Source: a virus
Lineage: Duplodnaviria; Caudoviricetes
DNA: 59,309 nucleotides
IMG/VR virus record: IMGVR_UViG_3300024891_000004
Location: 1-59,309 of that record
Strand: one strand, 5' to 3'
The position numbers were made by a program, and so were the translations under genes. Below are positions 18,430 to 28,578 of the stretch, piece by piece. Numbering within the stretch: position 1 is the first letter of the stretch; each line of letters begins with the position of its first letter. The notes beneath the pieces are model-generated. The model was given only the letters and a program-made list of their open reading frames with translations. It did not search any database and had not been told where the DNA came from.

Positions 18430-18454
18430 AAACCGCCTTCTGGCGGTTTTTTTT
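18430..18454 (+). terminator. Terminator of the cI operon
   Basis: AAACCGCC-TTCT-GGCGGTTT plus T-run. Confidence 0.85.
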
Positions 18455-18489
18455 CGCCTAAATTTCCTGCACAAAAAATTATTTTCAAT

Positions 18490-18550
18490 TATTTTGCTAT
18501 CTGATAGCATTTTGCTATTGACAATAGCTTTAGCAATTTGCTATTGTTAC
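18490..18550 (+). promoter_or_regulatory. PL-like promoter with OL operators
   Basis: TTGACA (18518-18523), 18-nt spacer, extended -10 TGcTATTGT; operators TAGCATTTTGCTA (18505-18517) and TAGCAATTTGCTA (18531-18543). Confidence 0.8.
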
Positions 18551-18578
18551 ATCACTGACGAAACAAACGGTGAGCAAA

Positions 18579-19613
18579 ATGAAAACAGTATGGCCTAGAT
18601 TAAAAGCAGTGCGTCAAATGTCATTTAAACAGTTCGCAATACTAACTGGACATTGTGATGCGCATTGGGCGTTCTTGGATTTACGCAATTACCCAAACAA
18701 ATAAGGTGATTGATATGAATACCAACATCAACAGAATCAAGTGCGAACAAATGACCTGCCGGTGTGCAGCTTACGCATTTCCGCATCGTGTCGATAGCAA
18801 AGCCTGCCGCGAGTTATACAACGCTACCCAGGCTAATCAGGAAGCCAGTGCGCCATTCAATCCTTATGTTGAGTATGCAATCAGCGGTTTATTCGCTCCT
18901 GACAATTCTGTGCCTTTGAGGAATCCATTATGAACGCACACATTCTGCACCGTGACGTAAAAGGTACTGGCATTTTGGAAACCATTACACCGCTATGTTC
19001 CTGCGGCTGGATCGGAATTGGTTATGCCGCACATAACGATTGGCAGATGACCAATGTACGCGAACAGGAAAAGAAGCATCTGCAAACAGTTTCGCTTGAT
19101 GTGATTGTTAGGGGGAAGAAATGACCAGAACCATTATTGAAGCTGCAGCACTTGGATTATTAATCCTTGGTGCATCAGCTTATGTTGCACAACGTGACGC
19201 AGAAATAGCAAAGCAAGAGCGCTGGTGCAAGATTAACTTTCACGAATCCGTAGCGATGATGCCTTGCACTTTGCATAACGACCAAGTGGCAATCGTAGAT
19301 TGGAAAACAAAATGATTATGGTCGATTTTAAGAATCATCCGCCAGCTAAAAAACTGAATCAACGGAAGTGCCGGTTTGTGAAGGTGGCGATGGCAGTAGC
19401 AGTAACCGTAGTTTTATTCAGTTTAACTTTAGTGAGGATATATCAATGAACCAGTTTTTCTTTGGCTTTCTTAGCGGTGGTTTGGCGCTATTGGCTTTCA
19501 AGTACGTCATCCGAGTAGTTGACGATTATAAATATTACAGCACAGTGAAGCACGGTAATAAATTGGTACATACCAAACTGCGTGCTTTAAACAATGCTTT
19601 GAAAAATAAGTAA
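18579..19613 (+). CDS. Early-left small hypothetical genes (18579-18704, 18715-18933, 18930-19124, 19121-19315, ~19446-19613)
   Basis: Short coupled ORFs with RBSs after PL; several have Cys/His clusters or TM helices. Confidence 0.5.
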
Positions 19614-19624
19614 GGAGTATTCAA

Positions 19625-20497
19625 ATGAGCGCAAGTAACGTGGCAGTAATGCCGAAGAAATCTAACCTTACCGCGAAGTTTGCGGATAAGTTTAGCGTAG
19701 ATGCCGGTCAGGTAATGGATATTCTTAAATCAACCGCATTCAAGCAGCGTGACGGTCAGCCGCCTAGTGACAATCAAATGATGGCCTTAATGATTGTTGC
19801 TGACCAATACGGGCTGAATCCATTTGTAAAAGAGATTTATGCCTACCCAGACAAAGCCAACGGCATTGTGCCGGTGGTAGGTGTGGATGGCTGGAATCGC
19901 ATTATGAACGATCACCCTCAAATGGACGGTATCGAGTTCAAATATTCAGATGAAACAGTACAGCACAAAGGCAAAACCTGCCATGTTTGGATTGAAGCAA
20001 TCATTACTCGCAAAGACCGCAGCAAGCCTATTGTGGTGCGTGAATACTTTGATGAAGTAGTGAGAAATACAAGTTATGCAACACCTTGGGATAGTCACCC
20101 AAAACGTATGCACCGCCATAAAACAGAAATTCAGGCAGCACGCATTGCTTTTGGGTTTGCTGGAATCTATGACGAAGATGAAGCCGAGCGCATTATTGAA
20201 AAAGATATTACGCCAGTTTCAGAAGTTTCAAGCGTCCAGGCTGAACCAGCCATCCTTGATGACGCAACCTTTCAAACTATTGCCAAAAAGTACCGCGAAT
20301 CAGTGGTAAGCGGCAAGAAATCAATCGGTGATTTTGTGGCCTGGGTGGAATCAAAAGGTGCATTGATGACTGATGCGCAAAAGGCAGAAGTAACCGGCTG
20401 GACAGTTAAGCAGCCAACCGTAGTGGAAGGTGAGGCAACAACGGTAACGGATGATTTTGCAACGGAATACACAGACGCAGAAAAGGCAGGTGAATAA
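19625..20497 (+). CDS. bet: Bet/RecT family single-strand annealing protein
   Basis: ADQYGLNPFVKEIYA...VVGVDGW...PWDSHPKRMHRHK...QAARIAFGFAGIYDEDEAERI. Confidence 0.93.
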   Translation: MSASNVAVMPKKSNLTAKFADKFSVDAGQVMDILKSTAFKQRDGQPPSDNQMMALMIVADQYGLNPFVKEIYAYPDKANGIVPVVGVDGWNRIMNDHPQMDGIEFKYSDETVQHKGKTCHVWIEAIITRKDRSKPIVVREYFDEVVRNTSYATPWDSHPKRMHRHKTEIQAARIAFGFAGIYDEDEAERIIEKDITPVSEVSSVQAEPAILDDATFQTIAKKYRESVVSGKKSIGDFVAWVESKGALMTDAQKAEVTGWTVKQPTVVEGEATTVTDDFATEYTDAEKAGE

Positions 20498-22152
20498 TGA
20501 TTACTTCACATAATTTATTGCAGGGTAGCGCACCTTGGCACGCTTTTCGCGCTGAACACTTTGGCGCAAGTGAGGCTAGTGCAATGCTTGGTTTATCACC
20601 ATACAAAACACGCACACAGCTTTTGAATGAAAAGAAAACAGGCTTAACCGCAGATGTTGACGCATTTACGCAAAAGATTTTTGATAAAGGCCATGCAGCG
20701 GAAGCGCTGGCACGTCCTCTAGTTGAAAAAATGATCGGTGAAGAACTTAGCCCGATGACATTTTCAAACGGCAAGCTATCAGCTTCATGCGATGGCATTA
20801 ACTTTGAAGGAAATATTGCCTGGGAAAACAAACAGTTTAACGCCGCGCATTATGAGCAAGTAAAAAACTTAGAGTTGCCAGAAATTCACTGGCCTCAATG
20901 CCAACAAGTTCTTCATTGCACAGGTGCTGAAAAATTGTTTTTTACTATATCAGATGGTACAGCAGAACGTACTGCAGGCGTTTGGGTTTTCCCTGATGCA
21001 AAACTGCAAGGCCAGATTATTGCAGGCTGGAATCAGTTTGAAATTGATCTTAGCAACCATATACCACCGGTTATAGTTGAAAAAGTAGAAGCCGAAACAG
21101 TGCAGACTTTGCCAGTGCCTAGCGTAGTAGTGCGCGGTGAAATTACCGCCAGCAATCTTAATGAAATTACACCAAAGTTTGACGTATATCTAGGCAGCAT
21201 TAAAACCGAGTTAAGCACCGATCAAGACTTTGCAGACGCAGAAGCAAACGCTAAGAACTGCCGCGAAACTGCAAAACGTATTCAGGCTTTGCGCCAAAAC
21301 ATCATAGCCCAAATGGTTGAGGTCAATACAGTGGATAGCGCCCTAGCTAACTATGAAGATGCGTTTAACAAAGTAGGGTTACGCCTAGAAAAAGCTGTTA
21401 AAGAGCAGAAAGAAACAATCAAGACTAATGCGATTATGAAGGCAAAAGTTGAATATGCCGATTTTATTACCGAGTTAAACAAAGATATTCCAGTAATTCT
21501 TTCGCGTGAATTGGTATGTCCTGACTTTGCCGGTGCAATTAAAAGCGTACAAAAACTTGAGAGTATGCAATCACGCATTAACGATGCTTTAGCCAACGGA
21601 AAAACCGAGGCAACCATCTATGCTAACGATGTTAAAACCAAAGTGGCTTTTATCAATGAAGCAATTAAAGGCTATGAGCATTTAATCAACTTGCGTTTAC
21701 TGGCAACGGAAAACTTGGACTACATCAAACTGCATATTCAGTCGGTTAAAGACGCAGAAGATAAGCGCAATACAGAGCGTGAAGCCGCTATTAAACTGCA
21801 AGCGGAAGCTGATGCTAAATCCAAGTTAGAAGCTGAAGCAAAGGCGGCAGCACTCGCAGAGGCGGCAGTAAAAGCGCAGATGGCAGAAGCCGCGGAACGC
21901 ATTGCCAGCGCCGACAAACCGATACCAGAAGGTGACGGAATCACTAATAACGTGATCAACGAAGCAGATTTTAGCAAGCACGTTGCCGGTGCTGACTTTG
22001 CTGCCGGTGATGATAAAACGGTGGTTACTAATATCGGCAAGCGCCCTACCGCCGAAGCAATTATTCACCTAGTAGCCACCACTTATAACGTTGATATTAC
22101 AACAGCGCAGCGCTGGCTAACACAGTCATTTGCAGAAGCGAAAGCAGCATAA
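20497..22152 (+). CDS. YqaJ/lambda-exonuclease family nuclease with long coiled-coil C-terminus
   Basis: QGSAPWHAFRAEHFGASEA...SASCDG...WENK...PQCQQVL; coupled to bet. Confidence 0.9.
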   Translation: MITSHNLLQGSAPWHAFRAEHFGASEASAMLGLSPYKTRTQLLNEKKTGLTADVDAFTQKIFDKGHAAEALARPLVEKMIGEELSPMTFSNGKLSASCDGINFEGNIAWENKQFNAAHYEQVKNLELPEIHWPQCQQVLHCTGAEKLFFTISDGTAERTAGVWVFPDAKLQGQIIAGWNQFEIDLSNHIPPVIVEKVEAETVQTLPVPSVVVRGEITASNLNEITPKFDVYLGSIKTELSTDQDFADAEANAKNCRETAKRIQALRQNIIAQMVEVNTVDSALANYEDAFNKVGLRLEKAVKEQKETIKTNAIMKAKVEYADFITELNKDIPVILSRELVCPDFAGAIKSVQKLESMQSRINDALANGKTEATIYANDVKTKVAFINEAIKGYEHLINLRLLATENLDYIKLHIQSVKDAEDKRNTEREAAIKLQAEADAKSKLEAEAKAAALAEAAVKAQMAEAAERIASADKPIPEGDGITNNVINEADFSKHVAGADFAAGDDKTVVTNIGKRPTAEAIIHLVATTYNVDITTAQRWLTQSFAEAKAA

Positions 22153-22154
22153 CC

Positions 22155-22673
22155 ATGTACCGCCTTCTGATAAAACGGGTAAGAAACAATCCACTTACAG
22201 GGGGCGTGCAATACAAGTGCATTAGCTGCAGGGTATCTAAGCAGGTTGGTTTTAATACATACCCTGATGATGGAATGTTTTTTATGACCGTAAGGCAACC
22301 GCACAGAATTGGTACTTACATTAACCCACGCAAGGCATTAGGTATTTAGTTTTTTCATCAAGAAAAGGAGCATCAAATGCATCAAATTAATCAAACAATC
22401 AGAGCAAATCCTGCACCGGAAAAAGATGTGCAATCAGCCCAAGTAACGCTTGAAATGTCTGCATTAACCGAGGAGTGCAGGACGCTTTTAGATCGGCTTG
22501 AACGGCTAACAGAAAGATTGTATCCGATACTGCTTAATGTTCCGGTTGCCTTAAATGAGCGTGAAGAATCCAGTTATTTAGTGCCTCACGCCGCTGAAAT
22601 TAAAGAGCATAGATTGCTGGTTTTGGCGGGAAACCAAAAGGTTCTTTACATCTTGGATAACATACAAATCTAA
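22155..22673 (+). CDS. Two hypothetical proteins (22155-22349, 22377-22673)
   Basis: Short ORFs in the early operon; the second has RBS aggag. Confidence 0.5.
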
Positions 22674-22790
22674 GTTATGGGCGAAATTCACCATCTAGTC
22701 GCGCTACGTAAATAGTCGGGCAGGAGCTAGAGCCGTACATACGGAACAGGGATAGAAAAGTAGCCCACCCATTTAAAAGAAGGAACAAAA

Positions 22791-23384
22791 ATGAAACTCG
22801 CCGTATTTTATGACACAGAAACAACCGGACTGCCATTGTATTCAGAGCCATCAGACGACCCACGCCAGCCGCACATTGTTCAGTTGGCCGCGATCTTGGT
22901 GGATTTGGAAAGCAAAAAAACCATTCAGGCGATTGACTTGATTATCAAGCCTGACGGATGGGTTATTACACCGGAAATTACGGAAATACACGGCATCACA
23001 CAAGAGTATGCCTTGGACGTTGGTGTAAGTGAGGCTGATGCCACCAGCATACTGATTGATTTGGTTGGCAGCCGCTTACGCATAGGCCACAACGAACAGT
23101 TTGATGCAAGGATTATCCGCATTGCAGCCAAGCGCTACATGGGGAACGAACTGGCTGATGTATGGAAAGATGGCGAGGCTGAATGTACAGCCAGGCTGTC
23201 AACAAAACTGTGCAATCTACCACCTACCGAAAAGATGATCGCAGCAAAGAAAAACTTTAATAAAACACCGAACCTTACCGAAGCGTACACGCACTTTTTC
23301 GGCAAGGGATTTGATGATGCACATACAGCGATGGCTGACGTGCTTGCGTGCCGTGATATTTATTTTGCCGTTAAAGAGGCATAA
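22791..23384 (+). CDS. DEDDh 3'-5' exonuclease (DnaQ-like)
   Basis: FYDTETTG, IGHNEQFD, AHTAMADV. Confidence 0.92.
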   Translation: MKLAVFYDTETTGLPLYSEPSDDPRQPHIVQLAAILVDLESKKTIQAIDLIIKPDGWVITPEITEIHGITQEYALDVGVSEADATSILIDLVGSRLRIGHNEQFDARIIRIAAKRYMGNELADVWKDGEAECTARLSTKLCNLPPTEKMIAAKKNFNKTPNLTEAYTHFFGKGFDDAHTAMADVLACRDIYFAVKEA

Positions 23385-23515
23385 AAAGTGTGACGATTGG
23401 CTGGCGTAAGCAGCCGTTATAAGAATAGCGACTGATAGCAAAGCACCGCACTCTACGCTGACGAAAAAGGCAAAGATTAAGTCGCTATTCTTATGAAAAT
23501 GAGTGTAATAAAGGG

Positions 23516-23701
23516 ATGATTATGAGCGCAAAAATATTATTAACTTTGATGGTGATATGGGCAGCAATGTTTTTATTTATAAGAGCAATTTATAGCCCAT
23601 TTTCATTTAGCACATCAAAAACCGAAGAGGTGTTGGGATGGGCTTTATTAATTGATACTGTTTTAATTTTCTTAATGGCTATTGTTGTTATCTGGGGATG
23701 A
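23516..23701 (+). CDS. Small two-TM membrane protein
   Basis: Two hydrophobic helices; AT-rich. Confidence 0.55.
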   Translation: MIMSAKILLTLMVIWAAMFLFIRAIYSPFSFSTSKTEEVLGWALLIDTVLIFLMAIVVIWG

Positions 23702-23879
23702 TCATGGCTAAACATAAATCAGCAAAAGGTAATAAACGCAATGCAAGGCGTGATCGGGCAGAACAAAAGCGCACCCCCTGGTTGTGATGATACCGAGTGA
23801 TTCACGTAAAGAATCAAACCCTATTTATGTTAATAAGTGCAGTGAATTTAAGTAAATCGTGCCGAAAGGAAATGGCGTT

Positions 23880-24107
23880 ATGAGTGCTACAGAAGTTACA
23901 TATAGCTTACTTCCATGCCCTTTTTGCGGCGGCGATGCTTTTACAAGTAAGCCAACAGCAAAGAAGCATGAGCAATACCGTGAATGGACTAGATTTTACC
24001 CAATAGTTAAATGTACGAAGTGTAGTGCTGGAATAAGTGGTGATGACTATGACGAAAGTTGCAGAACAGCTATCAATAAATGGAATTTGCGAAATAATCA
24101 ATATTGA
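23880..24107 (+). CDS. Lar-like restriction alleviation Zn-finger protein
   Basis: LLPCPFCGG...VKCTKCSA...AINKWN. Confidence 0.75.
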   Translation: MSATEVTYSLLPCPFCGGDAFTSKPTAKKHEQYREWTRFYPIVKCTKCSAGISGDDYDESCRTAINKWNLRNNQY

Positions 24108-24176
24108 ATCCGTAGCGCCGCAGCATGAGCCAATTAAAACTGATGAACAAGATTTTTTAGGATAGGGAGTTAGAAG

Positions 24177-26979
24177 ATGGCAAAGAAGCGTTACATAATA
24201 ATTTGGCGTAACTCGAATCAGATAACCGTAGAACTTATGGCAGAAAGTGGTGTTTATATGATGGTGAGAGCCAAAGGATGCATACCGTTTGTTTGCCATG
24301 CTAGAGATTATATTGGCGAGGCTTAAACCTATTTATTTTAATTAGTTTAGCGCAATTAATTGGCACTTATACGAGAGGAAATGAAGGAATGATAACTAGA
24401 GCTTACTTTGTTACTTACAAAACTGGCAATGAAAACGGTCATCAAAAAGAAGGTTTCTTTACGCTAACAAGTAAATCATGGTTTGCACAACAAAAAAATG
24501 TAGAGAATAAAGCCGTTGAATTTATCGAAAGCAAAAAATTACCTAATGGATTTGTAATTACGCAATTTTACAGAGTATTTTAAGGATTAACCCATGAGTA
24601 ACGTACAGGAAGCGTTAAAGTCAGCGATCAAAGCTATTGAAACTGGTTATGAACTAACAAGTGCTAAATGGAAATGCAAAGCCGCCCTATCCGAGATAGA
24701 GAAGTGTGAGCCAGTGGCATGGATGTTAGACCATATTCCCAATAAAGGTTACATGACAATAACTCATATTAAAGATTATGCTGATAAAGAAATGGGTAAA
24801 ACTATAAAGAACAATCCGAATGGCTTTGGGCAGAAATATGGATGCTATCCTTATGATATATGTATTCCTCTTTACGACAAACCGCAGCCTCGTGATTGGG
24901 TAGGGTTGAGTGAATCCGACATAAAAGAACTTTCATCTAATCTATGGGTTTCTGGTGCGATTAATAGAGATGAATTAGCAAAAGTAATCGAAGCCAAACT
25001 CAAGCAGCTAAACACGAAAGGTTAATCATGAACGAACCGAGCCAAATAGACCCAGATATGTACGCGCTAGGAATAGCCGCCAAACGCTACGCGCACAATA
25101 ACGGTATTAACGATTCAGAACCTATTTATAAGATGCTCATTGAGGCATACAAGATGGGAAAGAAAGCGGAAGCAAATAAAATAACAGAATCTAAGGGCTA
25201 CGCCATGAGATTAATAGACGCAGATGCTTTGTTGGAAGCACTAGAAACATTTGAAGATAAATGCAAGCAGCTAAACACGAAAGGTTAATCATGATCCATC
25301 CTGAATTGATTATTTGGAATAAGTGTTATGGCGGCGACTTAACATTAGGAACGGTAGTTGTAATTGACGAATCGTGTGAGTATTTTGATCGTGATTATGA
25401 TACTGGAATGAAATTTATGGTAACTGGCTTGCACGTTGATTCTGGTGGATTGAATATTAGCCTTAGCGACCAAGTGCCAATTTCTAAAGAAATGCACGAT
25501 AGGTACATTCAGGAAACTGACGGTTATCGCATCAAAGACTTGAAACCATTTAAGGACTAACCAATGACTAGATTGATAGACGCTGATGCTTTGTTGGAAG
25601 TTCTGAACTCAAAACAAATAATAAACCTTAGACACGTTATTGACATCATCACCAACGCCCCCACTATTCAGCGTGAAGGATGGGTAAGTGTACCGATAGA
25701 GCCAACAGAGGAAATGAAATTGGCTGTTGAAACACCAGCAAAATATTTATTTGAAGTTGCTGCAGGATATGAAAATGTTGGAATACCGGTTGAAACGTGT
25801 ATTGAAATTTACAAAGCCATGATTCAAGCCGCACCAACAGATACGGAGTAATGAAGATGACAAGACAAATGAGTAAATTTGAATGGATTTTAAGGTGTCA
25901 ACGTCAGTTTGCTAAACGTACCAATGATTACGAATACGATTGGTCACAAAATGCTGAAATTTGCTATGACGAAATGCGAGAGGGTTGGTATGAAAATGAC
26001 CCAGAGGGTTGCGCTAATGAAGAAATTTCAAATTGGGATTAGGAGTAACACATGAGCGAACAAAGCAAACAGATTGAAGCACAAAAACGCGAAGACATAC
26101 TAATGGATATGTACAAACTACACGCTTACATCCCAAATGATGCAGAAGGAAACCCACTAACACCGTTTGGTAATTTCTGTGCTGGTTACGAGGCAGCCAC
26201 CGCAGAAGCCGATAAACGGATTGAAGTGCTTGAGGGTGAGGTTGCGGAGTTGAAAGAAACATTAGCAGTAATTGAAGATGGGATAGAAGCTGATAAAGCG
26301 ATGGATAAAGCATTGAGAGAGGTGGATGCAAACATAATTACTAAACTCCAAGCCAGCAACAATGATTTGCGCGAGGCTTTAGTAAACTGCCTAGATATGA
26401 TTGGCCATGAAGATAATATTGAATATATAAATAAGGTACTTGCAGCAACACCAGCCGAATCACTGCAAGCGCATGATAATGAACTGATTGAGAAATGTGC
26501 GAAGGTTTGTGACCACGTAAACCAGCAATATTCCGATATTTTTAAAGATACAAAAGACAGATTTAATGACGGCGCTAGTTATGGTGCTGATGATTGTGCA
26601 GAAGCTATAAGGGCGTTGAAAGGGGTGAAATGATATGAAAACTTGCGAAAACTGCCAAGGCGCAATACTAGACCCGAACAAATCTTATGGCTACGCCGGT
26701 AAGGTTTGTATGTGTCATCTGAATATTCAGGAAACAATTAGAAAAGACCTGCTTTCTACATTTAACAATAAATGCACTCAAGATTTAATTGATGCCAACG
26801 TAAGACTTATGGTTCTGGTAGAAGAAAACAGAAAAGACGCAGAACGCTACCGCTTCCTGCGTGCCAAGGCATTAAACGTAAGTGATAGCCTGGAAGCGTT
26901 TGTTGCGATTGAGGCTCTTGATCATATTTATGATAGCAATAAAGTTGATGCCGAAATCGACAAGGCAATGGCTGAATAA
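24177..26979 (+). CDS. Accessory cluster of about nine small hypothetical genes (24177-24326, 24389-24583, 24594-25025, 25028-25288, 25291-25560, 25564-25851, 25851-26042, 26052-26633, 26635-26979)
   Basis: Coupled ORFs with lambdoid Ea/nin-type motifs (EPVAW, WVGLS, VPIEPTEEM, IEKCAKVCD, KDAERYRFLR). Confidence 0.6.
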
Positions 26980-26985
26980 ATCACC

Positions 26986-27273
26986 ATGATTAAGTACATC
27001 ACCATTAAAAAGTTTGAAGAACTCACTGGCTACACAGAAGATGCAGTTCGTACTAAAATACGTGACGGCGTATGGCTGCAGAATCAAATCTGGGTAAAAG
27101 CCTACGATGGTCGTGTATTAATGAGTGTTGAGGGGTACAACGAATGGGTAGAAATGGCAGCGGGATCCGCAAAGCGTCAGAAACGAGTTACGAGATCGCC
27201 TTTACCTATCAAGGTGTCAGGTGCAGGGAGCGAATCAAACTCAAGCCCACCCCCACTAACGATAAACGGGTAA
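26986..27273 (+). CDS. xis: Excisionase
   Basis: YITIKKFEELTGYTEDAVRTKIRDGVW...WVKAYDGRVLMSVEGYNEWVE; overlaps int. Confidence 0.85.
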   Translation: MIKYITIKKFEELTGYTEDAVRTKIRDGVWLQNQIWVKAYDGRVLMSVEGYNEWVEMAAGSAKRQKRVTRSPLPIKVSGAGSESNSSPPPLTING

Positions 27274-28334
27274 CGAATTTTCTTGGCGCAATTCTTGATG
27301 CCATAGAAAAAGGTGCGTTTAATTACAGTGTCACCTTTCCGCAGTCAAAACGCCGGTTTGTATTTACCGAAAGCCCTGGCGAAGCAATCACGATTGAAAA
27401 GTATCTGGACGAATGGCTTGAGGCCAAAGAAAAGCAGTTAAAGAAATCCGCATACAACGACTACCGAAAAACAGTTAATCACCTGATTATTCCGCAATTC
27501 AAAGGCAAGCTACTCACAGACGTTAAACGTGTCGATGTTAAAAATTGGGTCAAGGATATGGCCTGCAGCAATAAGCGCATATCCAATATTCTTAGCGTTA
27601 TGCGTACCGCCATGCAGGATGCCGTAGAAGATGAACTGCTTGAACTGAATCCGTTATATGGCTGGACTTACGAGAATAAAGAAGCGCCTAAAAAAGAAAG
27701 TGACGTGCAACCATTCAGCCAGGAAGAACAGTCTGCCATATTAAAGGTGCTGGATGGTCAGGCTAGAAACATGATGCAGTTCTTTTTCTGGACGGGATTG
27801 CGCACCAGTGAATTAGTGGCTTTAGATTGGACGGATATAGATTGGAAGCGCGGCACGATATTTGTAACAAAGGCCATGACGCAGGCATCAAAGAACATTG
27901 CCGAGATACCTAAGACCAGTGCCGGTAATCGGGAAGTCAAAATACTCGCACCGGCAATGCAGGCGTTACTGGATCAGAAGCAATACACCTACCTGAAAAA
28001 TGCCGAGATATTCCAGAACCCTCGCACCTTAGAGCGCTGGACGGGTGATCAGGCCATTAGAAAGAATATCTGGGTGAGTGCATTGAAACTTGCCAAGGTC
28101 AGATACAGACGACCATATCAAACGCGCCATACTTACGCCAGTATGATGCTAACTGCCGGTGAATCTATCGCCTGGTTAGCGCAGCAGATCGGTCATTCTG
28201 ATTGGGGAATGTTGCGTAGAGTGTACGCAAAATATATTAGTGATTCGATACCGGAAGCCGGTAATAAAGCGGTGGAAATGTTTAGCGAAAAAGCTGTCAA
28301 AAAAGCTGTCATTAAAGTGGAAAATCAACCCTAA
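27144..28334 (+). CDS. int: Tyrosine integrase with Arm DNA-binding domain
   Basis: FTYQGVRCRE N-terminus; TGLRTSEL, PKT, YQTRHTYAS, QIGH, VYAKY catalytic motifs. Confidence 0.95.
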   Translation: MGRNGSGIRKASETSYEIAFTYQGVRCRERIKLKPTPTNDKRVTNFLGAILDAIEKGAFNYSVTFPQSKRRFVFTESPGEAITIEKYLDEWLEAKEKQLKKSAYNDYRKTVNHLIIPQFKGKLLTDVKRVDVKNWVKDMACSNKRISNILSVMRTAMQDAVEDELLELNPLYGWTYENKEAPKKESDVQPFSQEEQSAILKVLDGQARNMMQFFFWTGLRTSELVALDWTDIDWKRGTIFVTKAMTQASKNIAEIPKTSAGNREVKILAPAMQALLDQKQYTYLKNAEIFQNPRTLERWTGDQAIRKNIWVSALKLAKVRYRRPYQTRHTYASMMLTAGESIAWLAQQIGHSDWGMLRRVYAKYISDSIPEAGNKAVEMFSEKAVKKAVIKVENQP

Positions 28335-28503
28335 TCCACCCCAAATATTGTCATTTAAATGACAGCTTTTACCTAGACATAAAACATGTAACTTGCTGAT
28401 TTATATTACTTTTTACTACTTTTAAAATGGTGGAGCAGGCGGGAATCGAACCCGCGTTTCTGCCCGTGCCTATTAGTCTTTTAGTAAATGCTGTCAAAAT
28501 GCT
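28288..28503. promoter_or_regulatory. Putative integrase arm-type sites flanking attP
   Basis: GCTGTCA repeats: tandem near 28292-28311, inverted near 28360-28368, and again near 28490-28496. Confidence 0.55.
28428..28457 (-). mobile_element. attP core: 3' end of tmRNA (ssrA)-like gene
   Basis: Minus strand acgcgggttcgattcccgcctgctccacca = T-arm plus acceptor ending CTCCACCA; no 5' half present; directly after int. Confidence 0.85.
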
Positions 28504-28578
28504 ACGATTCTTTTCTGTTCCCTATTCCCGAATGACGAATAACAATTCAGGAATCGAACCACCGTCCGTAATAAGGAA

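Noticed and set aside
26986-27273. Long xis/int overlap as a novelty
   Set aside because: Overlap of xis with the int 5' end is common in this integrase family
28428-28457. Complete tRNA or tmRNA gene
   Set aside because: Only the T-arm and 3' acceptor strand are present; it is an att core
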